DNA of 64,000 bases from NCBI GenBank assembly GCA_965364955.1, contig CBDTZS010000001.1, forward strand, positions 5,324 to 69,323. Reading direction: 5' to 3'. The position numbers and the translations under genes were made by a program. Each line of letters opens with the position of its first letter. The stretch's first letter is position 1. Positions 36,856 to 47,734 of this stretch are shown in pieces. The DNA comes from an uncultured Tenacibaculum sp. Lineage in GTDB: Bacteria > Bacteroidota > Bacteroidia > Flavobacteriales > Flavobacteriaceae. Below the pieces are notes generated by a model. That model worked only from the letters and a program-made list of their open reading frames with translations, made no database searches and had not been told where the DNA came from.

Positions 36856-37930
36856 TGTTATTATAAGTGGTGGTGGAACAGGAGGACACATATATCCTGC
36901 CATAGCAATAGCGAACGAAATAAAAGTTCGTTACCCACAGGCTAATATCTTGTTTGTTGGAGCAAAGGATAAGATGGAAATGGAAAAAGTTCCGCAAGCA
37001 GGCTATAACATTAAAGGATTATGGATTTCGGGTATTCAAAGAAAATTAACTATTAAGAACTTATTGTTTCCTATTAAATTATTAAGTAGTTTATGGAAAG
37101 CGTATAGAATAATTAAAAAGTTTAAACCAAATGTAGTAGTCGGTACAGGTGGTTTTGCTAGCGGTCCTACATTAATGGTTGCTAATAGAAAAGGGATTCC
37201 GACATTAATACAAGAGCAAAATTCATATCCAGGAATTACAAATAAGTTATTAGGTAAAAAAGCTAGTAAAATATGTGTTGCTTATGATAATCTTGAGCGT
37301 TTTTTTCCGAATGATAAAATTATAAAAACAGGAAATCCTATTCGACAAGATTTGTTATTTATTCATACAAAAAACGAAGAAGGCAAGGAATTTTTTGAGT
37401 TAGATAAGGCTAAAAAAACAATTTTAGTTTTAGGGGGGAGTTTAGGAGCTAGAAAAATTAATCAACTAATTGAGTCGAATTTAGAGTTCTTTAAAGAGCA
37501 AGGAGTTCAGTTAATTTGGCAATGTGGTGAGTTGTATTTCGAAGAATATAAAAAGTATAATGAAATTGAAAATGTACAAGTACATCAATTTTTAAATAGA
37601 ATGGATTTGGCGTATGCAGCTACTGATTTTATAGTCTCAAGAGCAGGAGCAAGTTCGGTGTCGGAACTGTGCATTGTAGGGAAGCCAACTGTTTTTATTC
37701 CATCACCCAATGTCGCAGAAGATCATCAAACTAAAAATGCAAAATCAATAGTAGATAAGCATGGGGCTATTTTAGTAAAAGAAAATGAATTAGATACATT
37801 TCCGATTGTGATTGAAACATTATTAAAAGATAAAGGAAAGCAAGATAGTTTGAGTGAAAATATTAATGAACTAGCATTGCCTAACGCAACGAATGATATA
37901 GTTAACGAAATAGAAAAATTAATTATTTAG
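36839..37930 (+). CDS. murG: undecaprenyldiphospho-muramoylpentapeptide beta-N-acetylglucosaminyltransferase
   Basis: [21 protein letters not shown], and [10 protein letters not shown]...EDHQTKNA. Confidence 0.93.
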   Translation: MKQLINVIISGGGTGGHIYPAIAIANEIKVRYPQANILFVGAKDKMEMEKVPQAGYNIKGLWISGIQRKLTIKNLLFPIKLLSSLWKAYRIIKKFKPNVVVGTGGFASGPTLMVANRKGIPTLIQEQNSYPGITNKLLGKKASKICVAYDNLERFFPNDKIIKTGNPIRQDLLFIHTKNEEGKEFFELDKAKKTILVLGGSLGARKINQLIESNLEFFKEQGVQLIWQCGELYFEEYKKYNEIENVQVHQFLNRMDLAYAATDFIVSRAGASSVSELCIVGKPTVFIPSPNVAEDHQTKNAKSIVDKHGAILVKENELDTFPIVIETLLKDKGKQDSLSENINELALPNATNDIVNEIEKLII

Positions 37931-39276
37931 TGAATTTAAAAACAATACATAACGTCTATTTTATTGGTGTCGGAGGAATTGGTATGAGTGCTATTGCTCG
38001 TTACTTTTCTGTAAATGGGAAAAAAGTATTTGGTTATGATAAAACACCGAGTCCGATAACAAAAAGCTTAGAAGACATTGGGATAGAAATTCATTTTGAT
38101 GACGCGATTAAAAACATACCTATTTCATGTTTAAACAAGGAGAAAACATTGGTAGTTTATACACCTGCGATTCCTAGTAAACATCAAGAATTAAACTATT
38201 TTATAGATAACGGATTTAAAATTCTAAAAAGAGCTGATGTTTTAGGGGAAATAACAAAAAGCACTTTTTGCTTGGCTGTTGCAGGAACTCATGGGAAAAC
38301 GACAACCTCTTCAATTTTAGGACATATAATGCAGCCTCTTAGTGCAACTTCTTTTTTAGGGGGAATTACAGAGAACTACAATTCAAACCTTATTTTAGGA
38401 GAAGATAAAATTTCGGTTGTAGAGGCAGATGAGTTTGATAGGTCGTTTTTGAAGTTATCACCAAATATTGCATGTGTTATTTCTATGGATGCTGATCATT
38501 TAGATATTTATGGAGAAAACGAAATGTTACAACAATCGTTTAGAGATTTTTCAAACAAGGTTTCAGATACTTTAATTGTTGCAAAAGGATTGCCTTTAAA
38601 AGGGTTGACGTATGCAGTAAATGAATCAGCCGATTATAAAGCGTATAATGTAAAAGTTAGTGCAGGAAAGTATGTTTTTGATGTGCAAACGCCAATTTCA
38701 GAAATAAAAAATATTGAATTCCATTTACCGGGAAAACATAATATGATGAATGCTTTAGCAGCTTTGGCTATGGCTGATGTTTATGGTGTTTCATTAGAAA
38801 ATATTAAAAACCAATTAAAAACTTTTAAGGGGGTTCAACGTAGGTTTTCATATAAAATTAAAACAGAGAATGTCGTGCTTATTGACGATTATGCGCATCA
38901 TCCAACAGAAATAAATGCCGTAGAACATTCGGTACGAGAAATGTATCCGAATGAAAAAGTCTTAGCCGTTTTTCAGCCTCATTTATTTAGCAGAACAAAA
39001 GATTTTGCAGATGATTTTGCAAACGCACTTTCTAAATTTGATGAAGTGTTGTTATTAGATATTTATCCAGCAAGAGAATTGCCAATTGTGGGAGTAACAT
39101 CTTCATGGTTGCTAGGTAAAATGAACTTAGAAAATAAAAAGTTAGTACTTAAAGAAGAGTTAAGTAACGAGGTGCTAAAATCAGAGTCAAAAATAGTAGT
39201 GATGTTAGGTGCTGGAGATATAGGGTTGTTAGTTGATGATGTGAAGGTTCATTTAGAAAAAAAATATAATAATTAA
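37930..39276 (+). CDS. murC: UDP-N-acetylmuramate--L-alanine ligase
   Basis: Motifs GVGGIGMSAIA, AGTHGKTTT and DDYAHHPTE. GTG start overlapping the murG stop. Confidence 0.93.
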   Translation: MNLKTIHNVYFIGVGGIGMSAIARYFSVNGKKVFGYDKTPSPITKSLEDIGIEIHFDDAIKNIPISCLNKEKTLVVYTPAIPSKHQELNYFIDNGFKILKRADVLGEITKSTFCLAVAGTHGKTTTSSILGHIMQPLSATSFLGGITENYNSNLILGEDKISVVEADEFDRSFLKLSPNIACVISMDADHLDIYGENEMLQQSFRDFSNKVSDTLIVAKGLPLKGLTYAVNESADYKAYNVKVSAGKYVFDVQTPISEIKNIEFHLPGKHNMMNALAALAMADVYGVSLENIKNQLKTFKGVQRRFSYKIKTENVVLIDDYAHHPTEINAVEHSVREMYPNEKVLAVFQPHLFSRTKDFADDFANALSKFDEVLLLDIYPARELPIVGVTSSWLLGKMNLENKKLVLKEELSNEVLKSESKIVVMLGAGDIGLLVDDVKVHLEKKYNN

Positions 39277-40016
39277 TGATGAAAAAAGTAGCTACATATT
39301 TATCTTTTTTATTGTTGTTAGTGCTTTTGGGCTTTTTATATGGGTTTACTGCCAGTAGGAATGGGGTAAGAAAGGTGGAAAATATAGTGGTAGAATTTGA
39401 GGCTGGTGATAATAACTTTTTGACACACAGTATAGTTGATAAATTGTTAATACAAAATAAACAATTTGTTAAAAACCAACCGAAAAGAGTAGTAGATTTA
39501 CACTTTCTAGAGACTAATGTATCGGCGAATCCATATGTTGAAAATGCAGCTGTTTTTTTAACCGTTAATGGCGTGTTAAAAACGGTGATAAAGCAACGTA
39601 AACCGATAGCTCGCATTGTTGATAAGAGTAAATCTTATTATGTTGATAAGTTCGGAATTGAAATTCCATTATCAGCAAACTTTTCAGCAAGAGTACCGTT
39701 AGTTTCTGGAGTAGGGGAATCTGAAGATATCAAGGAATTAATAAGGTTAATAAAAGTAATTGGAAACAATGATTTTTTAGTTAAAGAAATTATTGCAATT
39801 CAAAAAAACACTCAAAACGAGTATGTGTTTACAGTTCGTAGTGGTGAGTATAAAATTATTTTTGGAAAGTTTGAAAATGTAAATGTAAAATTTAAAAAGC
39901 TTATAGCATTTTATAATAAGGCATTGGCTGATAAAACGATTAAAAATTATAAGACAATAAATGTAAAATACCACAACCAAGTTGTGTGCACAAAACAAAA
40001 TCTAGATGGAAAATAA
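39276..40016 (+). CDS. ftsQ: cell division protein FtsQ-like
   Basis: N-terminal TM helix with a POTRA-like region. Lies between murC and ftsA with TAATG coupling. Confidence 0.7.
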   Translation: MMKKVATYLSFLLLLVLLGFLYGFTASRNGVRKVENIVVEFEAGDNNFLTHSIVDKLLIQNKQFVKNQPKRVVDLHFLETNVSANPYVENAAVFLTVNGVLKTVIKQRKPIARIVDKSKSYYVDKFGIEIPLSANFSARVPLVSGVGESEDIKELIRLIKVIGNNDFLVKEIIAIQKNTQNEYVFTVRSGEYKIIFGKFENVNVKFKKLIAFYNKALADKTIKNYKTINVKYHNQVVCTKQNLDGK

Positions 40017-41355
40017 TAAAATTGCAGTTGGTTTAGATATTGGTACAACCAAAATTGTTGCCATGATTGGTCGTAAGAATGAATACGATAAATTAGAGGT
40101 TTTAGGTATTGGTAAAGCTAAGAGTTTAGGTGTAAAACGAGGAGTGGTAAATAATATTACTCAAACAATTCAATCTATTCAACAGGCTATTGATGAAGCA
40201 CAGAGTGTTTCGGGCCAGAAAATTGAAAATGTAGTTGTTGGTATTGCAGGGCAGCATATTCGTAGTTTACATCATAGTGATTACATCACCCGTGAAAAAT
40301 CAGATGAGGTAATTAATGAAGGTGATATTGAAAGTCTAGTTAGTCAAGTGCATAAATTAGTAATGCTTCCTGGAGAAGAAATTATTCATGTTTTACCACA
40401 AGACTTTAAAGTAGATAGTCAATCAGAAATCAAGGAACCTGTCGGAATGTATGGAGGACGATTGGAAGCTAATTTTCATGTTGTAGTTGGTCAAGTTTCT
40501 TCTATTAGAAATATTGGAAGATGTGTGAAAAGTGCTGGTTTGAATTTATCAGACATCACGTTAGAGCCATTAGCATCGGCATCAGCAGTCTTAAGTCAAG
40601 AAGAAAAAGAAGCGGGAGTTGCTTTGATTGATATCGGTGGTGGAACAACAGATTTAGCGATATTTAAAGACGGTATTATTCGTCATACTGCAGTAATTCC
40701 TTTTGGAGGAAATGTAATTACTGAAGATATAAAAGAAGGATGTTCAATAATTGAAAAGCAAGCAGAGTTATTGAAAATTAAGTTTGGTTCTGCATGGCCT
40801 GGAGAAAATAAAGAAACAGAAATTGTTTCTATTCCAGGGTTAAGAGGAAGAGAACCGAAAGAGATTACGCTTAAAAATTTATCAAAAATAATTCATGCAA
40901 GAGTTCAAGAAATTATTGAACACGTGTATTTAGAGATAAAAAATTACGGGCACGAAACTCAAAAAGGAAAATTAATTGCAGGTATTGTTTTAACAGGAGG
41001 AGGATCTCAGTTAAAGCATTTACGTCAGTTAGTAGAATATATTACAGGAATGGACGTTCGTATCGGGTATCCGAATGAACACTTAGCAGGCGATTCTGAT
41101 GAAGCCTTATCAAGTCCTTCATACGCAACTGCAGTAGGGTTGTTAATGGAAGGCTTACGAAAAGGTTCATGTGAAATAGCAGAAGAAGAAATTATTGAAG
41201 AGCAAGCAAGAGTTGAAACTGAAGATGCCATAGAGAATGAATCAGTTTTAGAAGAGGCTGTGAAAGCAAAAAAGTATATAGCGAGAGATAAATCTAAATC
41301 TATTTTTGAAAAATTCACAGAAAGATTTAAAGAGTTTTTAGATAACGCAGAATAA
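40006..41355 (+). CDS. ftsA: cell division protein FtsA
   Basis: Actin-fold motifs GLDIGTTKIVAMIG and DIGGGTTDLAIF. C-terminal amphipathic helix is SIFEKFTERFKEFL. Confidence 0.93.
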   Translation: MENNKIAVGLDIGTTKIVAMIGRKNEYDKLEVLGIGKAKSLGVKRGVVNNITQTIQSIQQAIDEAQSVSGQKIENVVVGIAGQHIRSLHHSDYITREKSDEVINEGDIESLVSQVHKLVMLPGEEIIHVLPQDFKVDSQSEIKEPVGMYGGRLEANFHVVVGQVSSIRNIGRCVKSAGLNLSDITLEPLASASAVLSQEEKEAGVALIDIGGGTTDLAIFKDGIIRHTAVIPFGGNVITEDIKEGCSIIEKQAELLKIKFGSAWPGENKETEIVSIPGLRGREPKEITLKNLSKIIHARVQEIIEHVYLEIKNYGHETQKGKLIAGIVLTGGGSQLKHLRQLVEYITGMDVRIGYPNEHLAGDSDEALSSPSYATAVGLLMEGLRKGSCEIAEEEIIEEQARVETEDAIENESVLEEAVKAKKYIARDKSKSIFEKFTERFKEFLDNAE

Positions 41356-41433
41356 AATAAGTATTAATAGACACCCTTTTTTAACCCCTAAAGAGAGGAG
41401 TGTAAGTGAATAAGAATTAAAAAATAAGTTATT

Positions 41434-43302
41434 ATGAGTACAGAATTCAATAACATTTCATTCGACATGCCAAAAACACAATCGAATGCTATTAAAGTAA
41501 TTGGAGTTGGTGGGGGTGGAAGCAACGCCGTAGATCACATGTTTAGTAAACAAATTCACGGAGTAGATTTCGTTATTTGTAATACTGATGCACAAGCACT
41601 TGAAAGTAGTCCGATTCCTAATAAAATTCAATTAGGAGCGCACTTAACTTCTGGTTTAGGAGCAGGAGCAAATCCTGATGTTGGTGCGCAAGCAGCTGCT
41701 GAGAGTATTCAAGAAATTCAGCAAATGTTAAGTACGCATACTAAAATGGTGTTTATTACCGCAGGTATGGGAGGTGGTACAGGTACTGGAGCAGCACCTA
41801 TTATTGCTAAAATTGCAAAAGAAATGGATATTTTAACGGTAGGTATCGTTACAATGCCATTTCAGTTTGAAGGAAGAATGCGTACCAAACAGGCTCAGAA
41901 AGGAATAGATGAACTACGTAAAAATGTAGATTCTCTTATTGTTATAAATAATAATAAGCTGCGAGAAGTTTATGGAAACCTTGGTTTTAAAGCAGGTTTC
42001 TCTAAAGCAGATGAGGTTTTAGCAACTGCAGCTAAAGGTATTGCTGAAGTAATAACACATCATTACAAGCAAAACATCGATTTACACGATGCTAAAACAG
42101 TACTTTCTAATAGTGGAACCGCTATTATGGGATCTGCTATAGAAATAGGAGCTAATCGTGCTAAAAATGCGATTGTAAAAGCATTAGATTCTCCTTTGTT
42201 AAATGACAATAAAATTACGGGAGCTAAAAATGTATTATTATTAATCGTTTCTGGCGTTAACGAAGTTACTTTAGATGAAATTGGAGAGATTAACGACTAT
42301 ATTCAAGATGAAGCAGGGTATGATGCTAATATCATTATGGGAGTTGGTGAAGATGAATCGTTAGAAGACGGTATAGCTGTAACGATAGTTGCTACGGGTT
42401 TTACTGCAGATCAACAAGGAACTATTACAAATACAGAGGTGAAAAAAATAGTTCATACTTTAGAAAACGAACAAAAAGCTACCTATAATTTTGGAGAACA
42501 AAAAGTGCAAAGTGCTCCTAGTATTAATGAACCTCTTATCGAAAGTACACCTAATAAAGTTGTTCATATCTTAGAGGAAGAAGTAGAAGAACCTAAGTTA
42601 GTTTTAATTCCGACTACTGAGGTATTAAAGAATATGAATGTAGTGTACGATGAGATTGCTATTGAAACAATTTCTGAAGATGATTTTATTATCACAAATA
42701 TTTCTGAAGAAAAAGTAATTCAAAAAGAAGTAAAACAACAATCAGTTCAACAAGATCTATTGTTTGATTTACCAGTGAATTCTTATGAAGTAATAAAGCC
42801 AGTTGCACAAATAGTAGAAACAACTAATGAGATTAGAAATATAAATGTAATAGCTGAAGAGATTAAACCTAAAGTATCTCAAATTGAAAAGCGTTATGTT
42901 TTAGAGGAATTTAATGAGCAGCCAACTATTGGTAAAAGTTCTACTCCAGTTATAAAAGAAATAGTCGAAGAAGAGTTACAGTTTCAAGTAATAACTAAAA
43001 CTCAAGAAGAAATTAATAATATTGAAATTACTAGTGAAGAAGTTTCTCCGTTAAGTATCACCATTTCTGAATTGCAAAAAAGAACGCAAGAAAGACGTGA
43101 GAAAATGAAAGGATTTAACTATAAGTTCAACGATCAGGTAAGTAAAAATATTGACGAAATTGAGCGCCAACCTGCCTATAAGCGATTAGGTGTTGATATT
43201 AATACTGGTTCAGATATAAGTAAATCGAATACTGTTTTAAATACAGATAATAATGATTTATTACGTTCAAATAATTCATTTTTACATGATAATGTAGATT
43301 AA
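41434..43302 (+). CDS. ftsZ: cell division protein FtsZ (long C-terminal linker)
   Basis: [10 protein letters not shown], the tubulin signature [10 protein letters not shown], and NTDAQAL. A roughly 250-aa acidic linker precedes a C-terminal peptide region. Confidence 0.95.
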   Translation: MSTEFNNISFDMPKTQSNAIKVIGVGGGGSNAVDHMFSKQIHGVDFVICNTDAQALESSPIPNKIQLGAHLTSGLGAGANPDVGAQAAAESIQEIQQMLSTHTKMVFITAGMGGGTGTGAAPIIAKIAKEMDILTVGIVTMPFQFEGRMRTKQAQKGIDELRKNVDSLIVINNNKLREVYGNLGFKAGFSKADEVLATAAKGIAEVITHHYKQNIDLHDAKTVLSNSGTAIMGSAIEIGANRAKNAIVKALDSPLLNDNKITGAKNVLLLIVSGVNEVTLDEIGEINDYIQDEAGYDANIIMGVGEDESLEDGIAVTIVATGFTADQQGTITNTEVKKIVHTLENEQKATYNFGEQKVQSAPSINEPLIESTPNKVVHILEEEVEEPKLVLIPTTEVLKNMNVVYDEIAIETISEDDFIITNISEEKVIQKEVKQQSVQQDLLFDLPVNSYEVIKPVAQIVETTNEIRNINVIAEEIKPKVSQIEKRYVLEEFNEQPTIGKSSTPVIKEIVEEELQFQVITKTQEEINNIEITSEEVSPLSITISELQKRTQERREKMKGFNYKFNDQVSKNIDEIERQPAYKRLGVDINTGSDISKSNTVLNTDNNDLLRSNNSFLHDNVD

Positions 43303-43325
43303 TAAAATAATAAGATATATTTTTA

Positions 43326-43351
43326 AGTTCCCGATTCTTCGGGAATTTTTT
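43326..43351 (+). terminator. intrinsic terminator after ftsZ
   Basis: TTCCCGA-TTCT-TCGGGAA followed by TTTTTT. Confidence 0.7.
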
Positions 43352-43369
43352 AATTAAAATACGACAACT

Positions 43370-43816
43370 ATGAGTTTGCAGAAACAAGTAATGGATAAAA
43401 TGAAAGAAGCTATGAAATCGAAAGATACAGTAGCTTTAACAGCACTTAGAGCATTGAAATCTGCTTTTATGTTAGCGAATACTAAAACTGGATCGGAAGA
43501 TATTTCTGAAGTAGAAGAGTTGAAAATTATTCAAAAACAAGTGAAGCAACGAAAAGATAGTGCGACTATTTTTTCTGAACAAGGAAGAGAAGATTTAGCA
43601 GAACCAGAATTAGCAGAAGCAGCTATATTAGAGCAGTTCTTGCCAGAATCTTTATCTGAAGTTGAAATTGAAAAAGTAGTAAAAGAGGTTGTTGCTAAAG
43701 TTGGTGCAGAAGGAATGAAAGATATGGGTAAAGTTATGGGAATGGTATCTAAACAATTAGCAGGACAAGCTGATGGGAAAATCATTTCAATGATAGTTAA
43801 AAAAACTTTGGTTTAA
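43370..43816 (+). CDS. GatB/YqeY domain-containing protein
   Basis: 148 aa. The AMKSKDTVALTALRALKSA...QRKDSATIFSEQGREDLA pattern is typical of YqeY. Confidence 0.85.
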   Translation: MSLQKQVMDKMKEAMKSKDTVALTALRALKSAFMLANTKTGSEDISEVEELKIIQKQVKQRKDSATIFSEQGREDLAEPELAEAAILEQFLPESLSEVEIEKVVKEVVAKVGAEGMKDMGKVMGMVSKQLAGQADGKIISMIVKKTLV

Positions 43817-43823
43817 TAATAAA

Positions 43824-43897
43824 GGCTGCGTAGTTCAATTGGATAGAATATCAGATTTCGGCTCTGAGGGTTGGGGGTTCGAATCCCTTCGCGGTCA
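43824..43897 (+). tRNA. tRNA-Arg (anticodon TCG)
   Basis: I folded the cloverleaf by hand. Acceptor GGCTGCG/CGCGGTC, anticodon stem TCAGA/TCTGA with loop TTTCGGC, T-arm GGGGG-TTCGAAT-CCCTT. No encoded CCA. Confidence 0.9.
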
Positions 43898-43906
43898 CAA
43901 AATAAA

Positions 43907-43938
43907 AGCAGTAGAAATTAATTTCTACTGCTTTTTTT
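43907..43938 (+). terminator. intrinsic terminator after tRNA-Arg
   Basis: GCAGTAGAAATT/AATTTCTACTGC palindrome followed by TTTTTTT. Confidence 0.75.
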
Positions 43939-44006
43939 AAGAGGGAATATGTAAAAGGGGGTTCTTAAATGAAAGGCTAAAGATATAGAAACAACATTTT
44001 ATATTG

Positions 44007-44022
44007 TGTAACTTATGTTACA
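44007..44022. promoter_or_regulatory. 16-bp palindrome TGTAAC-TTAT-GTTACA upstream of the peptidase gene (candidate operator)
   Basis: Perfect 6-4-6 inverted repeat ending 34 nt upstream of the ATG at 44057. Confidence 0.3.
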
Positions 44023-44056
44023 TGGAAGAATGTTTTGATTAATTCAATTTTTTAGA

Positions 44057-44854
44057 ATGAAACATATTTTTATAATTAAATATTTAGCAATTTTATTTGG
44101 TTTTTTAGGGCTTGGTGTCAATATTATTGAGTCTATTTATGTTTACATATTTAATAAACCAATTTTTGTACACTTATATTTGGTGAAGAAAAAATTGCCA
44201 AGAAATAAGAAAGAGTTTTTAGTGAAAAACATTTCTTTTTATCAGAAATTGAGTGATAAGCATAAAGATTATTTTGAGCACAGGTTAGCTAAGTTTATAA
44301 GGAACTACGATTTTATAGAAAGAGAAAATTTTGAACTTACTCCGGAAATTAAAGTTTTAATAGGTTCATCATACATTAAGTTGACTTTTGGTATGCGGAA
44401 GTATTTAACTACCACTTTCGATAAAATTGTTATTTACCCGAGCAACTTTTATTCTGTAATTACAAAACAATATCACAAAGGGGAGTTCAATCCTGGGTTT
44501 AAAATGGTAGTTTTCTCTTGGGAAGATTTTTTATTAGGAGATGTTATTCTAAATGACAATTTGAATTTAGGTATACATGAGTTTACGCATGCTTTAACCT
44601 TTCATGGACGAAAATCTAAAGATGTTAGTGCAAGAATATTTTATAGGGTATTTGAGGAAATAACAGCTTTTATGAACGATGAAAATAACATAGAGCCAAT
44701 AAGGGAGTCTAATTATTTTAGAGCGTATGCAATGACAAATAAATTAGAATTTGTTGCTGTTATTATGGAACATTTCTTTGAAACACCTGAAGATTTAAAA
44801 AGGCAATTACCTAAGTTGTATGGTAGAATTAAAATTATGCTTAATTATAAATAG
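44057..44854 (+). CDS. zinc-dependent peptidase (MtfA/M90-like)
   Basis: 265 aa with an N-terminal hydrophobic helix and an HEFTHAL zinc motif. The overall layout resembles MtfA-like proteins. Family call is tentative. Confidence 0.55.
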   Translation: MKHIFIIKYLAILFGFLGLGVNIIESIYVYIFNKPIFVHLYLVKKKLPRNKKEFLVKNISFYQKLSDKHKDYFEHRLAKFIRNYDFIERENFELTPEIKVLIGSSYIKLTFGMRKYLTTTFDKIVIYPSNFYSVITKQYHKGEFNPGFKMVVFSWEDFLLGDVILNDNLNLGIHEFTHALTFHGRKSKDVSARIFYRVFEEITAFMNDENNIEPIRESNYFRAYAMTNKLEFVAVIMEHFFETPEDLKRQLPKLYGRIKIMLNYK

Positions 44855-44860
44855 ATAAAA

Positions 44861-45493
44861 TTAAAGTTCTAATATTTTTATTTGATTTCGATGTAATTCT
44901 ATTTTTGACCGTTTTTCTAAAGCTTTTAGGAGTCTAGAAACAACTACTCTAGAGGTATGTAAATCGTTCGCTATTTGTAAGTGGGTAACATTTAAAACGT
45001 CGTCACCAATAACCATTGCTTTATCTTTTAGGTATTTAGATAAGCGTTCGTCCATATTTAAAAAAGCAATAGAATCTACAGCTTCAATAAATTCATTGAG
45101 TCGAGAGTGATAGCTTTGTAAAATATACTCTTGCCAACTTTTATATTTACTTAACCATTCCGACATTTTGTCTTTCGGAATCATTAATAACTTAACATCA
45201 GTCTCACTTATTGCTTTAATTTTACTCTTTGTATCTCCCATACAACAAGAAAGTGTCATGGCACAAGTATCACCTTTTTCTATATAGTATAAAACTAATT
45301 CGTCACCATCTTTATCTTCTCTTAAAACTTTAATAGCTCCGCTAATTATTAAAGGAATAGAAACCATATAGCTATCAACATCAATAATAACAGTATCGGC
45401 TTCGAATTCTTTATAAATAGCAACATTAGCGATTTCATTAATTAATTCTTCCTCAAATAAATAACCGTAGTGTGCTTTTAATTCATCTAACAA
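44861..45493 (-). CDS. Crp/Fnr family transcriptional regulator
   Basis: A cNMP-binding beta-roll region and a C-terminal HTH (THLQIANDLHTSRVVVSRLLKALE). TTG start. Confidence 0.85.
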   Translation of the reverse strand: MLDELKAHYGYLFEEELINEIANVAIYKEFEADTVIIDVDSYMVSIPLIISGAIKVLREDKDGDELVLYYIEKGDTCAMTLSCCMGDTKSKIKAISETDVKLLMIPKDKMSEWLSKYKSWQEYILQSYHSRLNEFIEAVDSIAFLNMDERLSKYLKDKAMVIGDDVLNVTHLQIANDLHTSRVVVSRLLKALEKRSKIELHRNQIKILEL

Positions 45494-45619
45494 TTTCGTA
45501 GGTGTTTATAGTTCCTAATTTACAAAAATATAATTTACAAAACCATGATTTTAGTCAGATTTTCAATTGAATTAATTCCTGAAATTTGATATAGAAATTA
45601 ATCATAAATCGATAATAAA

Positions 45620-46039
45620 ATGAAGAAAAGAACACCAGTATCAGCTATTATGAGTAAAAATGTAATTACGTTAAGTAGCACGGATGATTTAATGGTTGCA
45701 GAAAAATTATTCAAAAAAGAAAATATAAGACACATTCCTGTTGTAAGTGGTTCGGAAATAAAAGGGATGTTGAGTTATACTGATTTATTAAGAATTAGTT
45801 TTGCTGATGCAATTGATGGAGATGAAACAGATGTAGATACAGTAGTTTATAATATGTTTACTATTGAGCAAGTAATGGCAAAAAATTTAAGCACAGTTAA
45901 TTCAGAGACAACAATAAAAGAGGTTGCAGAGATTTTATCTAAAAAAGAATTTCATGCATTACCAGTAGTAGATAATAATAAACTTGTAGGTATTGTAACA
46001 ACAACTGATTTGATTAATTATTTGTTAGCGCAATTCTAA
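45620..46039 (+). CDS. CBS domain pair protein
   Basis: Two CBS repeats: IMSKNVITL...IRHIPVV and VMAKNLSTV...FHALPVVD. Confidence 0.85.
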   Translation: MKKRTPVSAIMSKNVITLSSTDDLMVAEKLFKKENIRHIPVVSGSEIKGMLSYTDLLRISFADAIDGDETDVDTVVYNMFTIEQVMAKNLSTVNSETTIKEVAEILSKKEFHALPVVDNNKLVGIVTTTDLINYLLAQF

Positions 46040-46071
46040 AAAAAAAGGAGGCTTTTAGGCCTCCTTTTTTT
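46038..46071. terminator. bidirectional intrinsic terminator between convergent CBS gene and rpe
   Basis: AAAAAAAAGGAGGC-TTTTAG-GCCTCCTTTTTTT. Confidence 0.75.
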
Positions 46072-46726
46072 ATTTTATCAATTCTTTTAAATTTTTAATA
46101 GTCTCCGTAGGATTATCACTTTTAAAAACAAAACTACCAGCGACTAAAACATGAGCACCAGCTTCAATAAGTTTATTAGCGTTTTGGTCAGTTACACCAC
46201 CGTCAATTTCTATTTGACAATCAGAATTTGAAAAATCAATTAAATGTTTTAATTGATTTACTTTTTTATACGTATTTTCAATGAAAGATTGACCTCCAAA
46301 CCCAGGGTTTACACTCATGATACACACTAAGTCTAAATCTTGAATTAGATCTTCTAAAACTGAAATTGGTGTATGTGGATTTAATGCTACTCCAGCTTTC
46401 ATGCCTGTAGCTTTTATTGCTTGAATGGTTCTGTGTAAATGCGTACAAGCTTCGTAATGTACAGTTAAAATATTTGCTCCTAAATTGGCAAAAGTTTCAA
46501 TGTATTTGTCAGGATTAACAATCATTAAATGCACATCGATTGTTTTATTTGCGTGTTTAGAAATCGCCTTTAAAACAGGCATTCCGAAAGATATATTTGG
46601 TACAAAAACGCCGTCCATAATATCAATATGAAACCAATCGGCTTCACTATTGTTTACCATTTCGATGTCTCTTTGTAAGTTAGCAAAATCTGCTGCTAAA
46701 ATTGAAGGTGCAATTAAATTACTCAT
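46070..46726 (-). CDS. rpe: ribulose-phosphate 3-epimerase
   Basis: Motifs APSILAADF, HIDIMDGVFVPN, MSVNPGFGGQ and DGG. Confidence 0.93.
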   Translation of the reverse strand: MSNLIAPSILAADFANLQRDIEMVNNSEADWFHIDIMDGVFVPNISFGMPVLKAISKHANKTIDVHLMIVNPDKYIETFANLGANILTVHYEACTHLHRTIQAIKATGMKAGVALNPHTPISVLEDLIQDLDLVCIMSVNPGFGGQSFIENTYKKVNQLKHLIDFSNSDCQIEIDGGVTDQNANKLIEAGAHVLVAGSFVFKSDNPTETIKNLKELIK

Positions 46727-46772
46727 TAGTTTGTTGTTGTGTTATGTTGCTGTAAAAATAATGATATAAAAC

Positions 46773-46803
46773 AAAAAACCCTCGAATTAAATTCGAGAGT
46801 TTT
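46773..46803 (-). terminator. intrinsic terminator after rpoD
   Basis: The minus strand reads CTCTCGAAT-TTA-ATTCGAGGG followed by TTTTTTG. Confidence 0.7.
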
Positions 46804-46870
46804 ACAAGTTTTATTTACACTTAAACTTTTTCTTAAGTATAAGTAAAATTATTTATATGGTTTACGACCA

Positions 46871-47734
46871 TTAACCTAAATAGGTCATTAAAATCTTACT
46901 TCTTGAAGTATGTTTTAATCTGCGAATTGCTTTTTCTTTAATTTGGCGTACACGTTCACGAGTTAAATCGAAAGTTTCTCCAATTTCTTCTAAAGTCATT
47001 GGCTGGTGCTCTCCTAATCCGAAGTATAGTTTTACAACATCAGCTTCACGAGGAGTTAATGTTTCTAAAGCACGATTAATTTCAATACGTAAAGATTCGT
47101 GTAATAATGTTTTGTCTGGATTAGGTGATTCTCCTGAGTTTAATACATCGTATAAGTTCGAATCTTCTCCTTCAATTAAAGGAGCATCCATAGATACATG
47201 ACGACCAGAGTTTTTCATTGACTCTTTTACATCGTTCACAGTCATGTCTAATTTCTTAGCAATCTCTTCAGGACTTGGAGGTCTTTCGTTTTCTTGCTCT
47301 AAGAAAGCATACATTTTGTTAATCTTGTTTATAGAACCAATTTTATTTAATGGTAAACGTACAATACGAGATTGTTCAGCTAATGCTTGTAATATAGATT
47401 GACGAATCCACCATACAGCATAAGAGATAAATTTAAAACCACGGGTTTCATCAAAACGTTTTGCTGCTTTAATTAGACCTAAATTACCTTCGTTAATTAA
47501 ATCAGGTAATGTTAGTCCTTGATTTTGATATTGCTTTGCTACAGAAACAACAAAACGTAAGTTAGCTTTAGTTAATTTTTCTAATGCTCTTTGGTCACCA
47601 GCTTTAATTCTTTGTGCTAACTCAACTTCTTCATCAGCAGTAATTAAATCTACCTTCCCTATTTCTTGTAAATATTTATCTAATGAGGCTGTTTCTCTAT
47701 TAGTAACCTGTTTTGTAATCTTAAGTTGTCTCAT
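46871..47734 (-). CDS. rpoD: primary RNA polymerase sigma factor (Bacteroidota sigma-A, short form)
   Basis: Region 2 [17 protein letters not shown]...[11 protein letters not shown], and region 4 [15 protein letters not shown]...[19 protein letters not shown]. Confidence 0.93.
   Translation of the reverse strand: MRQLKITKQVTNRETASLDKYLQEIGKVDLITADEEVELAQRIKAGDQRALEKLTKANLRFVVSVAKQYQNQGLTLPDLINEGNLGLIKAAKRFDETRGFKFISYAVWWIRQSILQALAEQSRIVRLPLNKIGSINKINKMYAFLEQENERPPSPEEIAKKLDMTVNDVKESMKNSGRHVSMDAPLIEGEDSNLYDVLNSGESPNPDKTLLHESLRIEINRALETLTPREADVVKLYFGLGEHQPMTLEEIGETFDLTRERVRQIKEKAIRRLKHTSRSKILMTYLG

Noticed and set aside
39149-39616. Minus-strand 155-aa ORF spanning the murC/ftsQ junction
   Set aside because: It is antisense to two well-supported dcw genes. 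The other short antisense or alternate-frame ORFs in the dcw and mre clusters were rejected on the same logic. These are 29290..29481, 31094..31369, 33889..34086, 34225..34455, 34472..34660, 34922..35140, 36051..36344, 36785..36997, 39777..39998, 41025..41318, 43199..43387, 43531..43785, 58967..59158 and 59600..59809.
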